A DNA stretch of 64,000 bases from the human T2T-CHM13v2.0 reference genome, Homo sapiens. Within the stretch, counting starts at the first letter, position 1. Each line of letters begins with the position of its first letter. Positions 15,611-31,585 of this stretch are shown piece after piece. The DNA lies in the NCBI RefSeq assembly GCF_009914755.1, contig NC_060928.1. One strand, written 5' to 3'. The translations under genes were made by a program, and so were the position numbers. The notes under the pieces were generated by a model. It saw only the letters and a list, made by a program, of their open reading frames with translations. It ran no database searches and was not told the origin of the DNA.

Positions 15611-16804
15611 ATTCCAATGCTCTTACTCTTTAACTTCTGGTTTCTCCTTTTTCCTTTTTAGACTATTGAAACTGCCACAAACTTGGCAAGACTTTCTGAG
15701 GTTTCTGATTCCATATTTAATTGACTATTATCAATAGCCTGATATTGAAAAACATTTGTAGTTTTCAGTGTGAAACTAAGGGGTTGAAGAATCACTATTA
15801 CAATCCCTATTACAGAGCATTTCGGGTTTTGCTTGTATTTTAGATTCTGATACATACGCTGTTTCACTCAGGAACTACTTCTACCAGTTAATCAGCATTA
15901 TCCAGCACTTGTCTTTAAAATTCATTTGGCGCTTGTTTGTTTTCAACTGAGGAAATTGAGTATAGTTCATTGAAGAATGGAATTTTTTTTTTTTTTTTTT
16001 TTTTTGCTGTTTTTCATCATTCAGCTAGAAAGTGAGAAGTTTTATCTTCCATAGTCCTTTTAAATCTTATGTTAGAACTAGCAGGACGTAGGTGGAAAGA
16101 TGAAGAAATAAGCTTGTCTAGACTAAAGAAAGGAAAGCAGGTTATAAAAGCCATAGTAGCCAGTCCAGTTCATTCTGCAGATGGCCCCATACCAATCGCT
16201 GTTAGAGTTTGCCACCTCCACTTTCCCACTGAGAACTGCAGCAATTTTAAAGGATATGAGAAAGCCAAGACTCAAGAGATGAGAAGACCCCCTTGGCGAA
16301 ATATAGTGTACTCTTCACTGCCACTGCCACCACCAAATGGGTTTTTAGAGCTTTGAAACACAATCTTTGTAAATTAATCAAAACCTCCCTGTGACCCACC
16401 TGCCTTCTCCCCATACCCAAATTTGACCACTACTGGCCTAAAAGGCAAGATGGGCTTCGATATAGAAGGACTGCAAGACAGTAGAAAGGGCTGCCACGGA
16501 GGTGACAGTAGCTCCTTCCTCTCCAACATGTGATGCTACACATCTCTGTGGATAATCTAAGTTGGACTTTTGACTCTAAAACAGCTATAATCCAAGAAAG
16601 TTAAATTCTAATGGAGGTAAAGAATCTTGACTGATTGTTCCCTTTGATGTCCAAATAAGGGAACTATTGTGAGTACGTATGCTACACTTACTATAAGAAT
16701 GATACTGTTTGTTGTCTTTCTCCTGGGCTGGATAGTGGACTATATTTTATTACAGGCTTTGAAAGACATCTGTAATGTTGCATATCTGTTCATATTAATA
16801 ACTT

Positions 16805-16810
16805 AATAAA
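16805..16810 (+). terminator. RAP1GDS1: Distal polyadenylation signal AATAAA
   Basis: AATAAA with upstream TGTA and downstream 'tttggtttgtttgt'. Confidence 0.75.
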
Positions 16811-18070
16811 TAGTATATGAAGCTATAATGGCATCATTTGGTTTGTTTGTATATTTTGTCTCTATTTCCAGCTCCTAGAATAAGGCTTGCTATTGATGTT
16901 CAACAAATATTTGTTGACTGAATGAATGAATCCTGCATCCATGAAGTTTCCAGACTGCCTGAACTAATTCCAGAAAGATAGACTGACTGACTGATAGAAA
17001 GTTTGAGATTTGATAGTTTGTCTGACTTTAGGGAAAAAATTTTAACAAAAGCATCCTAAAATCGTAAATGTGAGAGAAGTTACCATCTAGGCCAGCTGCC
17101 AGCCATCAATTTGCTAATATGCTAGGAACTCCCATCTCCAGCAAAATAAAGTGCAATTCAAAGTACTCATCATTGTACGGAAAGACCAGAAGGCTGTGCC
17201 CTTATCACAGGGGCTACCAAATTAGATGGTACACTGATGTGCCATTGCAGTGGATGGGAGAGTCTACAGACTGTACTCTCGCTTATCTCCTGCTACTAAA
17301 TCTTAGTCCTAGAGGCCACTATTTATTAAGTTAGTTTGCTACCCACTAAGAGTACATTCTAAGGGAGACAACAGGAGGGAAGAACAGCACAACAAAGCTT
17401 TAACTGTCAATCTTGAGCCAGTACTAGAACATAGATGAAAAGGGCAGGAATACAAGCAAAGAAGATGCCTGAGTGCAATGCACTAGAATATACCCCTTTC
17501 CCCCCAACCCCATTAGCAACTTGGAGTCATGCCAGCCCACCCACCTAGACCATAACCTCATTGTGCTCAAAGCAAACACTAGCCCATAACCCAGTGTTTT
17601 CCATGATAAAAACATGTTTTGAGCATACTGTCTGATAAGAATGGAGACATAGAAGAAAACTTTTTCATCTAAAATGATTTCTTGAATAGAATGCAGTTCT
17701 CATATGCAAGCATTAGTCTGAAGTGTTCTGAAAAATGCTACATGTGAAGAATTCAAAAAGAAATGCTCTTTGTTATAATTAGGAGGCTTATTATCTAATT
17801 CTCTTGAACATACTGGGTGAGGATATCTAGACATTAAGACATTTAGGTGAGCATTACCCTTTGTATCCAGCTGTTACTGGAATCAGTAAGCTTAAAAGCC
17901 ACTTAACATTAGGACGCTATAACATTTGTATTACACAAGTGTCTATTAAAAAGCATGTAATAATATTTGGGATGAATCTTTATAGCTGTAGCCAGGAAAA
18001 CTGAGGTCTTTTTTCACAGGTGTGATCTCTAACTTTGCCTATATACATATAAATAATATGCCATGTAACT

Positions 18071-18322
18071 TCACTCTGTCGTCCAGGCTGGAGTGCAGTG
18101 GCACGATCTTGCTCACTGCAACCTCCGCTTTCCAGGTTCAAGTGATTCTCCTGTCCCAGCCTCCCAAGTAGCTGGGATTACAGGCATGTGCTCTGACGCC
18201 TGGTTAATTTTTGTATTTTTAGTGGAGACAGGGTTTTACCATGTTGACCAGGCTGGTCTTGAACTCCTGACCTCAAGTGATCCACCCGCCTCGGCCTCCC
18301 AAAGTGTTGGGATTACAGGCGT
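18071..18322 (-). mobile_element. AluS body without tail or 5' end (inverted copy of the 18708 Alu)
   Basis: No poly-T and no TSD; shares private variants with the 18708-18992 Alu. Confidence 0.85.
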
Positions 18323-18364
18323 ATGTTTTATAGGTGTGTCTGACTCAAGTTATGTACTTTAAAA

Positions 18365-18545
18365 GGGTGATACAGTGCAAAGAGTGTGGTCTTTGGATGC
18401 TGTCTAATCTATAGTCATATCCTGGGTCTGTTACATACTAGCTGTGTGACCATAGCCAAGTTACTTAAACTCTTTGGGCCTGATTTCTCAATATGACAAG
18501 TTTAATAATCCCTACTTCCCTTAGGATTTTCATGACAATTGAACT
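18365..18545. mobile_element. MIR
   Basis: 'tactagctgtgtgaccatagccaagttacttaaactctttgggcc' MIR core. Confidence 0.75.
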
Positions 18546-18707
18546 TTTAGACGTTCAAGACAAGGTGAGATGGAATTGTGATATCTTAGGGCCTAACCTA
18601 TATACTCCTCTCTCACTGCTGCAGGATTCCCAACTAAAAGGATTCAAAAAACAACCCCCAAACAGCAGACAGTATGCCTATTAATAGTTTGTAATGTAGA
18701 AACAAAA

Positions 18708-19078
<371 letters not shown>

Positions 19079-20184
19079 TTATAACACTAGACAGGAACTT
19101 AATATGATGACAATTCATTTTTATATATTGGAACCAAATTATCAAACAAAACAAGCCAGGTAGGTACTGCTGCCTGCGGTTCTTCTGACCTTTGCTCTCT
19201 TGGTCTGGTGGTCTTCTCTGGTCCACTAGCAGGAGGACCAGAGAAGGTCAGCACCTCTGACCTTGACCTCCCTTCAGGGAGGTTCTGCTCAGCATCTTGG
19301 TGCTTAGTTCCTTGATGTCTAGCATAGGCATGTCAGACAGATACCTAAAACACTTAGAACTTAGGAAGGAAGGGATGATTGAATCCAATTCTAAGATGAT
19401 GTGAGGAAATATTAACCAGAGGAGCTTTGACTTCAGACCCATCTTTGGAGGAACCCAAAATAGTTCCTAATTTCGGCTAAAGCCAACTATCGGTAGGTAG
19501 ACAGTTCCGTTGCCCCACCCTCCCTTTTCTCAAGTTTCCAGAATGCAACCCACTCTCTACCATGCTTCTCCTACCATGACTTCCTTTTTTGTGTAGGTAA
19601 GAAAAGTAGAAGAGGTGTTAATGAATCATATTCTGCTCTTTTCACCCACACAGCCTCATCCCCTAGTACCCAGCAGAAGTTAGAGGAAGTAACACAGCAG
19701 AGTGTCCATGTAGATTCATCATATCCCAAAGTAATAACTATTAATTCCTTTGCTTCCCACTCGCCTATTTCTTGTCCTCTTGTTACCCTATCGTGATTGT
19801 GAAACACAGTGACTTCCCCTAAGCCACAACAAGTGAGAACAAGATGTTCACTGACCTGAGAAAACCATCTGACAAAAATTCATTTCCTGTTAATGAGAGA
19901 ACGGCCTCGCATTTGTGTTATAATATGATCTGACAGTTAGTTCATAGAAAGCATGCTTTGTTATACCTGTGCCTAATGTCTGATGCAAAGTTTCAGAATG
20001 ACCTTCTGGCATGCTTGCCCACAGCAGTTGCCCAGGGTGTATTTACATGGTTGAAGCATTGTGCCATGTGTAGCTATATCCTTTTTTCCCCCCACTTAAG
20101 AATTTCTCATGTTACTAACAACTCAAGTTTTTATAAACCTCTTTTTTAATGGCTGCCTATTTTTTGTTCTTTGTTGTGTTCTTT

Positions 20185-20447
20185 GTGGTTTTGAGATGAG
20201 GTCTTGCACAGGCTGGAGTGCAGTGGCGCGATCTTGACTCACCACAGCCGCAACCTGCTGGGCTCAACTGATACACCTCAGCTTCCCTAGTAGCTGGGAC
20301 CACAGGCATCACTACTATGCCCGGCTATTTTTTTTTTTAAATGTTGCAGAGATGAAGTCTTGCTTTGTTGCCCAGGCTAGCCTTGAATTTCCAGACTCAA
20401 GCGATCCTCCCAAAGTGCTGGAATTATAGGCATGAGCCACCATACCC
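20185..20447 (-). mobile_element. AluJ
   Basis: Diverged antisense Alu. Confidence 0.8.
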
Positions 20448-21264
20448 CCATGTTCTTTAATTATATGGCTGTACCAGAATCTTAACCTTTTCCTGCATCT
20501 AGACATTCAAGATATATTCTGACTTTTAAAAAACAAACCCCAAATGCTAGGTTGTGTGTGTTTTCAGATGCTAGGGTAGTTCCTCAATTAAAAACTATCT
20601 GACTTGCCAGTCCCTCTATTTTCTGCCCCTAATTCTTAAATCAAAGCCCCAATCCTTTCTTCCTCAGAGATCCTGATCAAATTTCTCAGTGAGGCAGAGC
20701 TGCCCTGCCCAGCCTCTGTGCAACCCTTCCTGATACACCCTTACTTTTCATCACCTCTTGAACACTCTGCTCCAACCAAGCCCTCCCCACTCTCCCGAGG
20801 GAACCCACAACAGCACCTCCTCCTGGGCATCCAAGCGTTACATCACTTACACCCACGCAACATCTACCACCGCCCCATTACCAAATGTATCAGAGTGCGT
20901 TCAGAGTGTATCAGAAGAGGTATAGAGCATACCTACAAGTACCTATGGAACTGATGTTTAGCTGATTGGAGTCTAATCACCTCTTAGCACTGCCATCAAC
21001 TGCTAGCAACATATTTGCGCCTCTAAACAAACCTGTGAACCACCACTCTGATTTCTTCCAAGCTGATCAACACTCTCCAGGCACCACTCACATGGAGAGG
21101 GGAGGGAAGGAGTGGAGGGCCTCTTCTTCCACAAGAGTCATCATTAAACACTCTTCATGCTCTTCATGATTCTATCACCTGGCCAATCTGTTTCTTCCTC
21201 TATAGACTAGGGATGGCAAACAAACTAGGGGCCCTCACACATGTTGTTTGGGCCACATGGTTGT

Positions 21265-21568
21265 TGTTTTTTGTTTTGTTTTGTTTTGAGATGGAGTCTT
21301 GTTCTGTCACCCAGGCTGGAGTGCAGTGGTGCCATCTCAGCTTGCTGCAAGCTCTGCTTCCCGGGTTCACGCCATTCTCCTGCCTCAGCCTCCTGAGTAG
21401 CTGGGACTACAGGTGCCCGCCACCACGCCCAGCTAATTTTTTGTATTTTTAGTAGAGACATGGTTTCACCGTGTTAGCCAGGATGGTCTCAATCTCCTGA
21501 CCTTGTGATCCGCCCGCCTCAGCCTCCCAAAGTGCTGGGATTACAGGCGTGAGTCACCGCGTCCGGCC
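21265..21568 (-). mobile_element. AluY
   Basis: 'gggttcacgccattctcc', 'gttagccaggatggtctc' diagnostics. Confidence 0.88.
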
Positions 21569-23882
21569 TGGTATTTTTTTTAAAAAAAAAAAAGGAAGAA
21601 GAAAAGGAGAAAAAATGAATAGCTTTAAACATTTAAAATGTAAGTGATTTTGCATAAAAATCCATTTCTCTGGCTTTTCTTTTAAAATGAGGAGATCTGG
21701 AAACCAGGGACTCTACATTTCAGGAGAAGAGCATGTGGGTGGGGCCCCCTTTGGACAGGATATGTCTCTCTACTGGATTAGATCCCCACCTGGCCATTCA
21801 CCTAAACTGCATAGCCCCTGGAAGCCTATGCATCTGTGACCCTGTGGATGGAGGCTGTCTGCTTCCAGAGCAGGAGAAAGGGAAATGGATTTTTAGGGAC
21901 AGAGAACAGCACTATGGGAAAGGCCATGTTTAAGGAAGATCCAAATATTTGACCCAAGGTCATTTATATGACCTGTGCAAACTTGCACTGCCTTTAGTCC
22001 CCCAGAGAAGACTTGCCATCCTGAGAGTCAGTGACAGCTGCAGTCTGACAAGTGGCAGGAACATGAAAACAGCTGCAAGCCATGCCCAAGCCTGCACTCA
22101 CCACATCCTGCTGATAGGAGGGAGCTGGTGCTGGCCCTCCTGTTCCCTCTCCTCTCACAGGGCTGGCAGCAGCTTGTGGGACTGCAGGGATTTAGAAAGT
22201 CCCTTAGCTGGATCAGGAATATAGCCCTTCTCCTCAGGCCAAAGACATCTTCATCATCATCTTTATCCCATGAGTCAGGGGATCTTATATAATATGGAAG
22301 CCTGCTCACCCAGGCTTATTGCGCTCTGCTTTTGGAGGCCTCCCTTTGGAGAATTCCTAACACAGACTCTACCTGCCAACCTCCCAGGCTAACCTGATCA
22401 ACCACAATTTCCTCTTTATAGCCAACCCCACAGAAATGAGCCTCCTCATTTTAAAGGACTCATATAATTAGAAGTTCTGCTCCATTCCAGCCAAGATTCC
22501 AGTGAAAAGAAACATTCTGCTCCTAAATGTTTCAACGACAGCATGTACCGAAGAACAGCATGTTCCCTATATACCCCAGAGTGAGTAAGCCCCAGTGGGC
22601 TCAAAGAAAGACCAGATAATTCTCCTTGCCTTAAGCTAACAAGGGTTACATAGACCGGGAGCTAGAGCATGGCAATGGCAGAGGAATAGTTGCCAAACCT
22701 TGCGTTTGCTCTGGATGGCCAACCCATAGCCAAAAACATGCCAGAACTCTTACATCCCTACCATATTTGAAAAAAGAATATAGTATCAATAAGTGTTCAA
22801 AAAATGTCTTTGTGGCAAATATGAATTATTTCTTCAATATCCAGCTCTCCTTATTAACAGAACCCCGATTTTGTTCAGAGACTAGTACGTCAAGCTTCAA
22901 ATAGTCCCATTTTCCAGCTTTCCAAGCTAGTGCTACAGTTCCATAGAAATCCCCAGATATGGCATCCTTTAGTAAATAGAAAGGAAAAGACCTGCTGGGC
23001 AAATGCTGTTTTGTCCCTTCACCTTTTCCTTTTTTTCCCCTCCTTCTTGCCTCAAATATGCAGCCCTTCAGCAACGATTAGGTAGAAACCTGAGGATGAA
23101 GGCCTGTACCTTAAGGACAGTGGAACAGAAAGGTACAAAGAGCCTGGGTCCACAGGAGCATCAATAAGCTGGAGTAGCGGCCCTATGCTGAGAACCCTCA
23201 TGCTGATGGCAGGAGACACACACCTGACGTTGAAATCCCTCAGGCAGGGTTTTCCATTATTTCAAATGGAATGAAATCTTGATTCATGAAGCTAGTCGTT
23301 AATGTATCAAAATCTCCCCTAGGACAATTTGTTCTGCTTAAAGGCCATGGCCACAGACCTCATGACAACAGAATCCAAAGGATTTAAACAACTGGGGCTA
23401 CCAGTTTTAACCCTCAAAGTTCAAAAATACACCAAAAAGCCTGACTCTCTAACTCAACAGCCTTCCTCACTACCCAAAGATTTACTAAACACTTACTATG
23501 TCAGGCACTGTGTTGGAAGAAGATAAACATGAACCTGATTATTGAGCAAACAAGTAAGGGCTTTAACCAAGGCATGAACAGAGTTATGGGGTTCTGTAGA
23601 GGTGACTCTGGGTGCTCTGGGCATCTTGGGGCAGAGGGTACATAGGAAGGAAGGGTGGGAGCAAAAGAAAAGGCTAGGAAAATAGAGCAGAAGAGATGGC
23701 AGGAGCAGGGAGTAGACATTAGCCATTTTAACTTTGTATTATATAACGGAAAAACCAAGGTTTCTACATAAAAGATGGGTATATTTGCTTTATGTTTTGT
23801 TCTAGAATCAGAATTATTGCTAATGGGGGTGGGGCAGGCTAGCAGAAAGGAAATTAATAGGTAATTGTGATGAATTCCTGAT

Positions 23883-24385
23883 GTTGAGAGACAATTCTCG
23901 ATGGGTATCTTGTATTTCCATACCTCTGTGAAAGACAGCTTCAGCTTTTTCTTTTTAACTACCTTTTCAAGGATCTTTATATGCCAAATAGCCTTGTAAG
24001 ATAGAGACAGTGTCTCCCTGGGACAGGCAGATTTATTTTTACTGTACAGAAATCAAGATAAGGTCTCCCTCGGGGGCAAAGTTTGGTCAGGATCACTTGC
24101 AGGCCCCTTTATGAGACTGGGGTTTCCTAAACTCAGTTCCTTCGCTGGGGCATAAACCTGCTGTGTGTGAAGTATCCATCTGGGCCACTGTTCCCTGTCA
24201 GACTTGGGAAGCAAGAGAAACTACTGCAAACATGAGATTCATTTTACCAGGGGTGCATGCATAATAAAGTCCTTTCAGTCTGACCCAGGAGTCTCAGGCC
24301 TTCTCTCAGCATCTATGTACCTGTGGCAGGCTAACTTGTTAGCTTGCAAGGAGGGTAAAATCTCAAACACTTCACAATTGTTGAT
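23883..24385 (+). mobile_element. ERVL solo LTR (LTR47-like)
   Basis: Starts TGTTGAGAGACAATTCTC; AATAAA; ends 'gcaggctaacttgttagcttgcaag..gggtaaaatctca' as in recalled LTR47; flanked by L2-like sequence. Confidence 0.65.
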
Positions 24386-24724
24386 GCCTAAACTAGGATT
24401 TTTAGAGAGGAAGGGTCTGGGATACTTTTATGGAGCTAGAGATTGGAAAAGAAGATCATTCTGAAGTATCTGAGTTGGGTGACTGGGCAGAAGATGGTGG
24501 TGATGTTAACTAAAAGGAGGAACACAGAAAGGAAAGTGGGTTCCTGTAAAATGAGTTGGCTTTGACACATTTGGTTGGAGATGCCTAGAGGATCTTGAGG
24601 AGGAGATAGGCAAGTGGACACGTTCTTATTCCAGCTGAGCCATGAGTACAGGGGTTGCTCCATAAACAAACTGAGCCCCGCAGGCCTCAGTGCTCCCTTT
24701 GGCACTTCCTAAACTCACACATCA

Positions 24725-24953
<229 letters not shown>

Positions 24954-25686
24954 GTGTGCTTTTCCCAACACTTAGGGAATCAAATCCCTGGAACTGGGGC
25001 CTGGGTATCTGAATTTTTTTAAAGCTCCAAAGGTGATTCTGATCTGCAGCCAGAGTAGAAAAACGCCAGCTAGAACCAAGGGCAATGAAATGATACTTTG
25101 CTTAAAGTCCTCAGAGTGTGGCCTGGCCAACAAGAGTCCTCACCTTGTTTGGTCAAGTAGGTAGCCATTTCCTGAATTGATACCCCAGGATTTTTGTTCA
25201 ACGTCCATCCTTTTTGAGGCCACTGAGTTCTGACTCAGAGACTAATAATCACTTGCCAAGTAAAGCACCATACTTAAAGAGATCAGATATCCTGAGCCAC
25301 CCAGCTCCCAGATGTTGCTGTAAAGGAGACATTATATCCCAGGATGGTTCAGAGATTTTTCTGCTCCCCTAAACTTTCTGGAATCCTGCCTGACACATCC
25401 TCTGGATTAATCATCAGGATACCCTCATGCCCAGCATATGGGGCATAGCCCCGGACACAACCATCCCCTACCCCCATCATCCTTATGAAAAGCATGTTCT
25501 CTCAGACATCCAAAGTCTTTTGCTGATAGTCTGAGACTTTGAGCTCTTAGAGAAGGCAGAGGGGATGGTCGTGTGCTTGGTTAGCTCATAGCCTTTCTCC
25601 TTAGCTTTCCAAGTGCCCATGTGTACCTCATAGCCCTTCCATGTGCTGGCATGACTTCCTCCTATCTTGAAAAGGCTTTTCTCTCC

Positions 25687-27977
<2,291 letters not shown>

Positions 27978-29031
27978 CAAAGACTTCAAGAACCCAAAAG
28001 CAAATGCAACAAAAACAGAGACAAATAGATGGGACTTCATTAAACTAAAAAGCTTCTGCACAGTAAAAGAAATAATTAGTAAACAGATGACCTACAGAGT
28101 GGAAGAAAATCTTTATAATTTATATATCTGACAAAGGACTAATATCCAGAATCTACAGGGAACTCAAACAAATCAGCAAGAAAAAAAAAAACGATAAAAA
28201 AGTGAGCTAAGGACATGAATAGACAATTCTCAAAAGATGATATATAAATAGACAACAAGCATATGAAAAAATGCTCATCACCTATGATCAGGGAAATGCA
28301 AATCAAAACCACAATGCGATACCATGTTAGTCCTGCAAGAATGGCCATAATCAAAAAATAATAGATGTCGGCATGGATATGATGAAAAGGGAACACTTTT
28401 ACACTGTTGGTGGGAATGTAAACTAGTGCCACTATGGAAAACAGTATGGAGATTCCTTAAAGAACTAAAAGTAGATCTACCCTTTGATCTAGCCATCTAC
28501 CCAGAAGAAAAGAAGTCATTATATGAAAAAGATACTTGCATATGCATGTTTATAGCAGCACAATTCACAATTGCAAAAATATGGAACCAGCTCAAATGTG
28601 CATCAATTAGTAGATAATGTGGTGTATACACACACACACATATACACACGTATGTATACATACACACCATGAAGTACTACTCAGCCATAAAAAGGAATGA
28701 AATGGTGGCATTTGCAGCAAACTGGATAAAATTGGAGACCATTATTCTAAGTGAAGTAACTCAGGAATGGAAAACCAAACATTGTATATTCTCATTCATA
28801 AGTGGAAGCTGAGCTATGAGGATGCAAAGGCATAAGAATAATACAATGGACTTTGGGGACTCGGAGGGAAAAGGTGGGACAGGGTGAGAGATAAGACTAC
28901 ACATTGGGTACAGTGTACACTGCTCGGGTGATGGGTGCACCAAAATCTCAGAAATCACCACTAAATAACTTATTCATGTAACCAAACACCACCTCTTCCT
29001 TAAAAACCTACTGAAATTTTTGAAAATGAAC
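27978..29031 (+). mobile_element. Sense 3' segment of an L1PB
   Basis: '[24 protein letters not shown]' through the L1PB 3' end; closely parallels 1260-2620. Confidence 0.9.
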
Positions 29032-29080
29032 AAAAGGTTGTTCTCTGAAAAATACATACACACTTCGTGGTGTGTATGTA

Positions 29081-29338
29081 CCAAATACCACATGTTCTTA
29101 CTTATAAGTGGGAGGTAAATGATGAGAACTCATGAATACAGAATGGAACAATAGACATTGGGGTCTACTTGAGAGTAGAGGGTGGGAGGAGGGAAAGAAG
29201 CAGAAAAATAACTATTGCATACTATGTTTAATACCTGGGTGACAAAATAATCTATACAACAAACACCCATGACACAAGTTTACCTGTATAAGAAACCTTC
29301 ACATGTACCCCAAAACCTAAAATAAAAGTTTTAAAAAG
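29081..29338 (+). mobile_element. Second, older L1PA (PA15/16-like) 3' end
   Basis: 'gagggtgggaggaggg...aataactattg...tacctgggtga...aacctaaaataaaagtt'. Confidence 0.8.
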
Positions 29339-29678
29339 AAAAGTTTGTTCTCCCTTTCCCTTGCAGGGCCCCTGATGGGTAGCCATGTAGTTCAGCACAC
29401 ATATTCTTACTACCATTCGAACCTAAACTAATGAGATTCATAAGAATCTCTACTGGCAATATCATAAGAGTTTTCTCAGCTTAACCTTGATCCCCCTTCT
29501 AGTAACATAGCTATTCCAAAATATGGTCATTTAAGGAATCCTTCAAGCCTGGGAGAAACTCAGAATTTATTAGCAAAATAGTTTATTCAAAGGTTGAATC
29601 TCTACACACATTTGTTTTTTCTGTTTGATGCTTAAACATAATTAGGGAGTGGAGGAATGTGGAGATGCCCTAGGAGGG

Positions 29679-30034
29679 TGTATTAGTCTGTCTTCACACT
29701 GCTTTAAATAACTACCTGAGACTGGGTAATTTATGAAGAAATGAGGTTTAACTGACTTGCAGTTCTACAGGCTGCACAGGAAGAATGACTGGGAGGCCTC
29801 CGGAAACTTACAATCATGACAGAAGGTGAAGGGGATGTGAGCACCTTCTTCACATGGTGGCAGGAGAGAGAAAGAGAGGTAAGGGGCAAGTGCCACACAC
29901 TTTTAAACCATCATGAGAACTATCACGGGAACAGCAAGGGGGAAATCTGCCCCCATGATCCAATCAGCCCCTGCCACGTCCCTCCTCCAATTCGACATGA
30001 GGTTTGGGTGGGGACACAAATCCAAACCAGATCA
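29679..30034 (-). mobile_element. MST (ERVL-MaLR) solo LTR
   Basis: TG...CA ends; 5-bp TSD GAGGG (29674-29678, 30035-30039). Confidence 0.88.
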
Positions 30035-30109
30035 GAGGGTTAATACATTTGCTGTACTCAGGATGTAGGCCTGAGCTCATGCAGTGTTGACTGACAGATG
30101 CCAGGCTCA

Positions 30110-30478
<369 letters not shown>

Positions 30479-30508
30479 CTAAAACATCTTACAGGCAGGT
30501 AGAAATAG

Positions 30509-30871
<363 letters not shown>

Positions 30872-30924
30872 TAAAACAAAGTTATGCTCAATATCTTGTA
30901 ACATGCTCAAAGAAACAGCCTAGC

Positions 30925-31290
30925 TGTCTTAGTTCAGGCTGCTATAACAAATTACCATAGACTGGGTGGGTTAAAGAAACATTTCTCATGGTTCTGGAGG
31001 CTGGGAAGTCCAAGATTAGGGAGCCAGCATTGTTGGGTTTTTCATGAGGCCCCTCTTCCTGGTTATGACCTCAATGGCCTCCTTGGTGGGTACATCAAGA
31101 GGAGAGAGAGAAGAGAGAGAGGAGAGAGAGAGAGGAGAGAGAGAGAGAGATCCCATCATGAGGGCTCTACCCTCATTACTTCCTCTAATCCTAATTACAT
31201 CCCAAAGGTTCCACCTCCAAATACCATCACATTAGGGACTGGGGCTTCAACATATGATTTTAGGGAGGACACAAACATTCAGTCCATAGC
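30925..31290 (-). mobile_element. MLT1A-like MaLR LTR with internal (GA)n
   Basis: 'tgtcttagttcaggctgctataacaaattaccatagactgggtg...acattcagtccatagc'. Confidence 0.8.
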
Positions 31291-31585
31291 GCTACCAAAC
31301 ATCTGGGTGCTAGAGACATAGAGGTTAACAATACAGGCCAATTCCATGGAGCTTGCATTTTAACAGAAAAGATGCCATTCGAGTTAGTTTAGGTGTGATG
31401 AGTTCTTCTAAAGAGAAAGTTGCAGGAACACATCTTAGTGGGGTGGAGAGGGGCCAAGTTCTGAGAGGACCTCCCTCAAAGTCATTTCAGGTGAGATCTG
31501 AGGAATAAATGAGATTTAGAGAAAAGCATTTCAACCCTTTTAATCTTAGCAACACCCCTATGATATAGATATTACTATCTCTAGC

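Larger units (their letters stand above)
15085..16830 (+). other. RAP1GDS1: RAP1GDS1 3' UTR (long form; end approximate)
   Basis: Repeat-free sequence after the stop, up to AATAAA 16805 followed by a GT-rich element. Confidence 0.8.
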
